From an uncultured Pseudomonadales bacterium (GTDB taxonomy: Bacteria; Patescibacteriota; Microgenomatia; UBA1400; PJMF01), in contig CAZSQY010000003.1 in the NCBI GenBank assembly GCA_964609285.1, positions 1-37,776 of the forward strand: a stretch of 37,776 bases of DNA, read 5' to 3'. Position 1 is the stretch's first letter; each line of letters begins with the position of its first letter. The position numbers and the translations under genes were made by a program. This document shows positions 1 to 6,256 of this stretch, piece after piece. The notes under the pieces are model-generated. The model searched no databases. It was not told the DNA's origin and worked only from the letters and a program-made list of their open reading frames with translations.

Positions 1-764
1 TTAACTTCAATAATCTTCCAGCCGTTTGTTGTTTTAAACAAATCGACTCCAGCAATTTGATAATTAAGTGTTTGAGCTGCTTGTATAGCCAGTTCTGCTT
101 CTTCTTTATTGTATTGATAGCAAAAACCTTTAGCCCCAAGAGAAAGATTGTTCAAAAATTCTCTATCCTTACTTCTCACTCTTTGGATAGCAGCGACAAC
201 TTGATTATCAATAACAAACAAACGATAATCACCTTTATTTACTATAAATTTCTGAACCAACAGTCTTGGATAATTTTTAAAAATTTTTTGTAATTGTTTA
301 GCTTCTTTTACTAAAAAAACTTCTTCCCCTTGTGAGCTGAAAGTATTTTTGGCTACGCAGGGATAACCTATATCTGTGTTAATATCTTCAATTTGCTGTT
401 GAGTAGCGAAAAGTGAGTTAATAATTGGCAAAGAGCTATCAGCCAATTTTAGATATTCATAGCTTTTGCGGTCTATCCAGGGCGCTTCTTCTACAAAAGC
501 TTTATCTAAAACTGGAACTTTATGCTGTTTGCAATAGGCTGCTATGAGTGTTGAGAGCTCTGGATTATGCCAAGCACCTTTAATATAAATTGATTGAAAC
601 TGTTTAAGGTCTTTTCCTTGGTGCGCGATGATTGTTTTACTATTCAAATATTTGATACTGAGATTTTGATATTCAAGAATATTAACTTTAATGCTTAGTT
701 CTTTAGCAGTTGTTACTAAATCACGATGAGTTTGTTTAGTTTTTGAAACAATAATAGCAATCAT
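1..764 (-). CDS. RimK-type ATP-grasp ligase (alpha-L-glutamate-ligase-like); 3' end cut by the window edge
   Basis: Not in the ORF track because it has no stop inside the window. The reverse strand from ATG 764..762 is open to nt 1. It reads MIAIIVSKTKQTHRDLVTTAKEL...IGYPCVAKNTFSSQGEEVFLVKE...KGDYRLFVIDNQVVAAIQRV...YQIAGVDLFKTTNGWKIIEV, which is the RimK/ATP-grasp layout. Its ATG overlaps the TGA of the upstream gene (ATGA). Confidence 0.7.
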   Translation of the reverse strand, partial: MIAIIVSKTKQTHRDLVTTAKELSIKVNILEYQNLSIKYLNSKTIIAHQGKDLKQFQSIYIKGAWHNPELSTLIAAYCKQHKVPVLDKAFVEEAPWIDRKSYEYLKLADSSLPIINSLFATQQQIEDINTDIGYPCVAKNTFSSQGEEVFLVKEAKQLQKIFKNYPRLLVQKFIVNKGDYRLFVIDNQVVAAIQRVRSKDREFLNNLSLGAKGFCYQYNKEEAELAIQAAQTLNYQIAGVDLFKTTNGWKIIEV

Positions 765-1744
765 GCTAATGTAGATAGGTGGTTAATATCAGCAATTTGT
801 GTTAAATTCTTCACGTACTTTTGTTTATCTTGAGCAATAAAATGTGGCAGTTGCGGCTTAAAGTCAGCATTCATTTCCCTGGCTTTGTTCACATCTTCAG
901 TAGCAATTTTGCCATAATATAATCCCTCAACGTCAAAATTAGATTCTTTTAGATATTGCCAAACTTTAGCCATCCCTTCTAAATAGACAATACTCTTAGT
1001 AAAGCCGCCCGGTTCGCTAGTGTCATACAAGCCTCTTTTCATTTTGACTGTTAATCGCCAGGAGCGTAGTTCGTCTTTTAAATATTGATAAATAAACTCA
1101 TAGGTTTTAATAAAACTACTTTCTTGAGCTATGTTGGTAGCAAGATAGGTCAAGGCGTGATAATAGTCTAATTTGTAGTTGGCTGCTAATTGGGAATGGA
1201 AGCTAGCCAAACCCTCTTCCGTTGAAAGATAATTTGAGAATTCTAACTTGTCTTTTTTACCGTAAAAAGGTTGCTCTAAATAATTAAGCCTTCTTAAAAA
1301 GTGAGTGCCAATTTCATGATAGAGTGTAGATACAAACTGTTTTTCTCTATAGTCAAAGTCTTTTCTGAGTTTGAATTCGTTTTTATAAGTACTAGCTTTA
1401 CTAATGTGCCCTTCTATCCAGCTGACTTCAATTTTATCTTGAAGATCATTTTTGAGAATGAAATTCTCCAGCATTTCCATGCCCTGCTCAGCACTAATTT
1501 TCTGACCTTCCAGCTCGCGTAGTTCTTGCTCAGAGTATTGACTAAAAGCTTCATCTAAAATTTGTTTAGCCAGTTTTAAATACTTTTCTTTAGGTTCTCC
1601 ATATTTATGCAGTTTGTTTAATGTAATTAATTCCTTGTATTTAAACTGCGGATTATATTTGCAATTCTTGTCAAAGAATTTTTGTTTCTCTTCTTGAAGA
1701 TTAAGGGGTGTCATCTGTTGCACTAAACTCATAAAAACCTTCAT
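761..1744 (-). CDS. DUF1704 / MATCAP-type metallocarboxypeptidase-like protein ('QEGLA motif' family)
   Basis: 327-aa ORF. It carries the zinc-motif-like string YHEIGTHFLRR (H-E-x-x-x-H) and, about 35 aa downstream, STEEGLASFHS, which resembles the family's QEGLA motif. It is translationally coupled (ATGA) to the RimK-like gene. Confidence 0.65.
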   Translation of the reverse strand: MKVFMSLVQQMTPLNLQEEKQKFFDKNCKYNPQFKYKELITLNKLHKYGEPKEKYLKLAKQILDEAFSQYSEQELRELEGQKISAEQGMEMLENFILKNDLQDKIEVSWIEGHISKASTYKNEFKLRKDFDYREKQFVSTLYHEIGTHFLRRLNYLEQPFYGKKDKLEFSNYLSTEEGLASFHSQLAANYKLDYYHALTYLATNIAQESSFIKTYEFIYQYLKDELRSWRLTVKMKRGLYDTSEPGGFTKSIVYLEGMAKVWQYLKESNFDVEGLYYGKIATEDVNKAREMNADFKPQLPHFIAQDKQKYVKNLTQIADINHLSTLA

Positions 1745-1822
1745 TAGTTAATTGTGTTGGGCAGGTTAAATTAAATAAGCGATTGACTGTAATAGATCTA
1801 TAATAAGGAAATTGTAGCGGCT

Positions 1823-3100
1823 TTAGCTTGGTTTCTCAACTTTGACCAAGAAACCCGCCAGGTCGCGACGGCCGAGCTCAACTTTATGGCGGCTGCGATT
1901 GAGGCGTTTGGAAACAATCATAGTTGTTTCCACCCTTTCTTTATTGAGTTCAAACTCGACTTCTACTACCGGGACTTTGCCTTCTCCGGCTTCTTGTTGA
2001 TACCACAGCAAGTCTTCTAAATCGATTAATCCTAGATCTCGTGCCAGGTCACTAGCAAGAGCGCTGCGGTAGCGTCCGGTTTTGATTAAGGCCAAAACTT
2101 TTTCACTACGGGCATTATCGCCAAAAACAGTAACTTCTTCTTTGGGGTTAACAATGGTTAGACGTTCTTCTTCTGCTTCAAAATAGTTTTCTGCAAATAA
2201 GGCCTTAGCAATGCGCACCCCATGCTTGGAATTTAAAATATTCAAGTCCTCGACTCTTTCCAGTCGTTTACGCAGCCCTGCCTGGTTAGCGATTTGGATT
2301 GATAAGCCCGGGCGGTAATTTAGCTCTACTACCATAGGACCTTTGTCTTTGTGGATGAATAAATCAATGCCGGCAAAAACCAAATTAGCGGCATTAGCAG
2401 CCTTAACAGCTGTTAATAAAACTTGATCCCAAAAAGGAACTTGAATGCCGCGCAGTTCAGTTTCTGTACCGGGTAGGTAACGAATTAATTCAGTTTTATG
2501 AGCAGCGGCATAAGTAGTGAGGCCCGTACCAATATCAATACCCACACCCAACGCACCTTGGCTTTGATTGGCGCGACCCTCTGATTCTTCGGTGGGTAAG
2601 CGCATGTAAGCCATGATTGGAACACTGTTAAATACTACTACCCTGACATCGGGTGTACCTTTATAGGAATATTTAGTTAATTCAGGGTGGGCAATGATCC
2701 TCTCCTCAATAATCGCTTTAGGATTAGCTCCATGTGAGCTATATTGGCCTTCCAAAATGTCATAGCAGTGAATTCTAAGCTCTTCCTCACTCCAGCGGCG
2801 ATTAATAACATCAACCCAGACATCTCCTGACTTTTTTTTAAAAGCTACCACACCTTTACCGGCGTGTCCGTTAGTCGGCTTAATCACAAAGTTTTTTTCT
2901 AAATGGTGCCAATTAAAGTCATTGACATCTTCAATAGTGGCTAAAATTCCATACACATCTGCAGTGGGGATCCCTTCATTTAAAAGTAATACCTTGGTAG
3001 CGTATTTAGAATGACAAATACTTTTAGCCCGTTGAGGGTTGCGTGATACATAAAGCCGGTTGCGGGCATTCATGCCCAAGATATCACTCGGATTGATCAT
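1823..3100 (-). CDS. alpha-L-glutamate-ligase-like ATP-grasp enzyme with a C-terminal retropepsin-like (RimB/'Zn_protease'-type) domain
   Basis: 425-aa ORF. The N-terminus ILGMNARNRLYVSRNPQRAKSICHSKYATKVLLLNEGIPTADVYG is typical of the alpha-L-glutamate ligase-related family. ATP-grasp body elements include FVIKPTNGHAGKGV and GIDLFIH...VVELNYRPG. The C-terminal ~110 aa (KVLALIKTGRYRSALAS...ELGRRDLAGFLVKV) aligns with the AKVDTGARTSALHA...LLGR..L.g.flVD pattern of RimB-like proteins. Confidence 0.75.
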   Translation of the reverse strand: MINPSDILGMNARNRLYVSRNPQRAKSICHSKYATKVLLLNEGIPTADVYGILATIEDVNDFNWHHLEKNFVIKPTNGHAGKGVVAFKKKSGDVWVDVINRRWSEEELRIHCYDILEGQYSSHGANPKAIIEERIIAHPELTKYSYKGTPDVRVVVFNSVPIMAYMRLPTEESEGRANQSQGALGVGIDIGTGLTTYAAAHKTELIRYLPGTETELRGIQVPFWDQVLLTAVKAANAANLVFAGIDLFIHKDKGPMVVELNYRPGLSIQIANQAGLRKRLERVEDLNILNSKHGVRIAKALFAENYFEAEEERLTIVNPKEEVTVFGDNARSEKVLALIKTGRYRSALASDLARDLGLIDLEDLLWYQQEAGEGKVPVVEVEFELNKERVETTMIVSKRLNRSRHKVELGRRDLAGFLVKVEKPS

Positions 3101-4094
3101 CGCCAGCTGGATAATTGAGCTTATCTGTGCCCAGAATAGAGCTGAAGCGCGCTAATTCTAGCAGTCTTAGACCTGAATATCGGCCTATTAAGTAATTGAC
3201 TACAGCCGTGGCGAGCAGAGTTAATTCCGGCTGTAGCAGAACAAATCTTTGTACAGCCTCCTGGCTGATAATGAGTGAGCAGACGATGGCAATTAACAGG
3301 GTTTCTAATGTTATTTTTAAGGCCTCTTTTTGACTGTTAAATAACTGCGAATTCATAAAATTCTCTGAAAGTAAAATCAGAATCAGTATTGGGAAGATGC
3401 TAACAGTTAATAGGGAGAAAAGCTTTAACTGAGATGCAAAGATCAGCATTATTAAAATAAAAACTGATACTCCCCATAAAATCATTGATGTTCTGGGTAG
3501 ATAGGGAAATCTAAAAGCCTTAACAATTTTACGGGTGATAATGGCTCCGATTAATACTGCCACAAAAATGATCACCCCGGAGACTATTTCTGTTGAGACA
3601 AAAGCCACTGATAAAACTGCTGGGATATAAATTCCAAAACCCCTTAAGCCAACAATATGGCGAGAAATAGCTATGATTGAAGCAATTAAAGGGAAAAGCA
3701 ACAGTAAAACGATAATATTGGCTGATAAGCCTTTATCCACTGCATTGCGAATTGCATGTTGTAAAAAATTGTGCCAGGTTAAAGGTCCAATTTCAGTTTC
3801 AAGTAAGAAAGTTGAAAGCCTACCGCGATTTTCGCCGCTAGTTTCAGTAATATCTTCAGCTCTTTTTTCTCTAAGAAGTTGATCCAGTTGGGCTGCAGGT
3901 GAAGCTTCAGCTGAGGCAGTGGCTGAATCAGTCGCTACTGGTTCTAGTTCAATGATTTCTTCAGCTTCATCTGTTTCAAAACCGGCTTCTTGATTGTTTG
4001 TTTGAGGTATTTGTCCCTGGATTGGTTGGGGTTGAGTTAAGCCTAAAGTTAAAAGTAAAGTTAGAAGAGCCAAACCACCAAAGATTTTTTTCAT
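3084..4094 (-). CDS. secreted-N-terminus, roughly 7-TM membrane protein ('7TM_transglut'-like, without a transglutaminase domain)
   Basis: 336-aa ORF with a signal peptide (MKKIFGGLALLTLLLTLGL), an acidic low-complexity linker, and a ~200-aa block of consecutive hydrophobic helices. It overlaps the downstream ATP-grasp gene by 17 nt. The family assignment rests on gene context and topology, not on a run search. Confidence 0.55.
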   Translation of the reverse strand: MKKIFGGLALLTLLLTLGLTQPQPIQGQIPQTNNQEAGFETDEAEEIIELEPVATDSATASAEASPAAQLDQLLREKRAEDITETSGENRGRLSTFLLETEIGPLTWHNFLQHAIRNAVDKGLSANIIVLLLLFPLIASIIAISRHIVGLRGFGIYIPAVLSVAFVSTEIVSGVIIFVAVLIGAIITRKIVKAFRFPYLPRTSMILWGVSVFILIMLIFASQLKLFSLLTVSIFPILILILLSENFMNSQLFNSQKEALKITLETLLIAIVCSLIISQEAVQRFVLLQPELTLLATAVVNYLIGRYSGLRLLELARFSSILGTDKLNYPAGDDQSE

Positions 4095-4161
4095 ATCTTA
4101 ATATTATAACACTTTAATTTTAGGGGAAAATAAGGCTTGAAAATGATTAGTATTGCCTGCT

Positions 4162-4524
4162 TTACAAGATTTTTTTAAGCAGATTTTGAATAAAACTAAT
4201 AATAAAAGAAACCACTAGTAATGTGCCAAATTTGCCAAGTCTGACCCCTAATAAAATCATGGGAGAAATTTGTAAGCCCGGAACTAGAAAAGTGGCCAGC
4301 CATAGGATAAAAACATTTATGACTAAGGAAAATAAGCCTAAAGTAACAATATTAATTGGTAGAAAAAATATTTTTAGCACTGGTTTTACCACTGCTTGCA
4401 GCAAGGTCAAAACCAGACTGGCTAAGATTAAAGTGATAAGGTTTAGATACCCAATAGTGGGCAAGAGCCAGGCTAGAATAGCTAACGTAATGGCTGTAAT
4501 AAGAATGGAGCGAATAGGTTTCAT
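4162..4524 (-). CDS. small 4-TM membrane protein, DUF360 / phage-holin-4-like
   Basis: 120-aa ORF, almost entirely hydrophobic. The central LPINIVTLGLFSLVINVFILWL segment resembles DUF360 family proteins. Confidence 0.5.
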   Translation of the reverse strand: MKPIRSILITAITLAILAWLLPTIGYLNLITLILASLVLTLLQAVVKPVLKIFFLPINIVTLGLFSLVINVFILWLATFLVPGLQISPMILLGVRLGKFGTLLVVSFIISFIQNLLKKIL

Positions 4525-4664
4525 AATAAGTTTATATTAACATAATTGTGTTAGTGGCTGCATTATTTTTTCTAAAATCTGAAAATACACAGAGAATATT
4601 TCACAATAAAAAATTATAATATCAATCAGGGACGCATTATTATTAAAAAATCATAAACAATCTT

Positions 4665-4886
4665 ATGTCAAAGCGAACAGAAATGCCCTCCAATCCTTTA
4701 ACATATATAGACTATGAAGACGCAGGGAGATTGCAATCTTTAATCGAAGGTGGTCTTTCTGGGCCTTTTTTTAAAGCATTGGTGCAGCAAGCCGCTAATC
4801 AAGGAGGTCAGGCAGAAAAGGATTTGCGAGAAATTTTAGAAACAGCTCGTTCTTTTCCGAGTATTAGAAATCTTTTAAAAGGTTAA
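4665..4886 (+). CDS. hypothetical small protein (73 aa)
   Basis: An ORF in an otherwise empty interval. It has no obvious Shine-Dalgarno sequence, and its stop overlaps the uvrC stop (convergent). I recognise no motif. Confidence 0.35.
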   Translation: MSKRTEMPSNPLTYIDYEDAGRLQSLIEGGLSGPFFKALVQQAANQGGQAEKDLREILETARSFPSIRNLLKG

Positions 4887-6256
4887 TCTGTTAGTTTTTT
4901 CCTCCTTAACCGGCCGTGCTGCTTTTTAGCAAACCGGTGTGATTCGTCACGAATTTGTTGGACTAAATGCAGTGTGGGATGATCTTCAGGCAAACGAATA
5001 ATCTCATAACTAATTTTTAAACGATGTGTTTTTTTATCAGTAAAAATTTTGCTTGGCACCACCAGCCGATCCGGGTTTTTAGCAATCCCAATGACCGGCG
5101 CAGCCCAGTCCCAAACAGTTAAAGCCGCTCTCACCTGCCCTTTGCCTCCGTCTACCACAACTAAATCAGGCTTACCCCAATCCGGGTGTTTTTGCCGGCG
5201 GCTAATGGCTTCTTTAAGCATTTGATAATCATTAGGAGTGTCTAAGCTGCGAATATTAAATAAACGATAATTTTTTTTGTCCGGCAAGCCATGGCTAAAG
5301 CAAACCATTGAGACTGCTGCATTTTTCCCCATAATATTACTGACATCATAGCCCTCAATTCGTTTTAAACGATATTGGCGCGGTAAATCTGCCACATCAA
5401 TTAAAATTTTGCGCAAATGATCTAAAGCATTGCGATTAGCATTATCGTGTAAAGCTGGTAAGATTAGGTCAGGTTTTAAGCGATATTTTTTGCTAGTGAC
5501 ATCTTGAATTAGGTCAATTTTATACTTAACTTCGCCGGCTTGTTCAAATTTAAGCTCATCAGCTAGTTTTTTCATTTTTTTCTCCAAATTGCGCAAGACG
5601 GTTTTCTTTTTGCCTCTTAAAAATAAAATGAGATTATCTAAATTTTCCGCATAATTTTTCGGGGGAATTTTGCCTATACAGGCGCCGGGGCACAAATCAA
5701 GATGGTAGTAAAAACAGGCCTGGCTATGAGTTTGCAATTTTTTATAAGCTTGCTTTGGACTTACTTTGTTTTTAGCCCGTTCAGAAGCTTTATCACACCA
5801 AGGAAAAATACGCCGAGCTATTTTTAAAACCTGTCTAAGTTTGTAAGCACTGCGGAATGGTCCTAGAATGGAGCCGCCCAAGTTTCGTTTAAGAATGTCA
5901 AGCTTGCGGACCAAATTTAACTGGGGAAAGACATCATCAGTGATTTGAACATAAACCGGACTTTTATCATCTTTAAGCAAGACGTTATATTCTGGTTGGT
6001 GAAGTCGGATCAACTCAGCTTCAATTAAAAGCGCTTCCATTTCACTCTCTAAAACTTCAAATTTAAGATGAGTGGCTTGCCGAATCATTTCTTGCTTGCG
6101 TGGAGATAAGCGGCGCAATTGACTATAAGATTTGACGCGCTTTTTTAAATTTTTGGCTTTGCCGACATATAAAACTTGATTATTAGCTGCGGCGTTTAAA
6201 AACCAGTAAACTCCCGGCTGTGACGGCAGCGATGAGAGCGAAGATTCCCAATCCAT
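4883..6256 (-). CDS. uvrC: excinuclease ABC subunit C, short form lacking the C-terminal (HhH)2 domain
   Basis: GIY-YIG motif (PGVYWF...VLYVGKAKNLKKRV), a Cys cluster (CFYYHLDLCPGAC), a UVR motif (LADELKFEQAGEVKYKIDLI), the UvrC RNase-H-like region (IEGYDVSNIMG...VVDGGKGQ) and the motif IRDESHRFA near the end. I placed the start at the ATG giving MDWESSLSSLPSQPGVYWF, which leaves the usual ~14 aa before GIY-YIG. The track ORF extends to 6349. Confidence 0.85.
   Translation of the reverse strand: MDWESSLSSLPSQPGVYWFLNAAANNQVLYVGKAKNLKKRVKSYSQLRRLSPRKQEMIRQATHLKFEVLESEMEALLIEAELIRLHQPEYNVLLKDDKSPVYVQITDDVFPQLNLVRKLDILKRNLGGSILGPFRSAYKLRQVLKIARRIFPWCDKASERAKNKVSPKQAYKKLQTHSQACFYYHLDLCPGACIGKIPPKNYAENLDNLILFLRGKKKTVLRNLEKKMKKLADELKFEQAGEVKYKIDLIQDVTSKKYRLKPDLILPALHDNANRNALDHLRKILIDVADLPRQYRLKRIEGYDVSNIMGKNAAVSMVCFSHGLPDKKNYRLFNIRSLDTPNDYQMLKEAISRRQKHPDWGKPDLVVVDGGKGQVRAALTVWDWAAPVIGIAKNPDRLVVPSKIFTDKKTHRLKISYEIIRLPEDHPTLHLVQQIRDESHRFAKKQHGRLRRKKLTD

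Noticed and set aside
57-293. Short ORFs in the track that lie antisense to or inside long conserved genes. They are 57-293, 1301-1522, 3673-3882, 4223-4540, 7665-7859, 8730-8915, 8734-9006, 10085-10336, 10886-11140, 12243-12428, 15889-16080, 16579-16803, 18139-18390, 18791-19015, 19104-19316, 20107-20289, 21164-21379, 22715-22915, 23237-23425, 24349-24537, 24765-24980, 25231-25458, 25596-25844, 28841-29032, 30242-30448, 32249-32569, 33886-34128, 36107-36367, 36524-36751 and 36886-37074.
   Set aside because: Each is fully embedded in a longer ORF with clear family motifs on the other strand or in another frame. Their translations are low-complexity with no recognisable motifs, so they are shadow ORFs.
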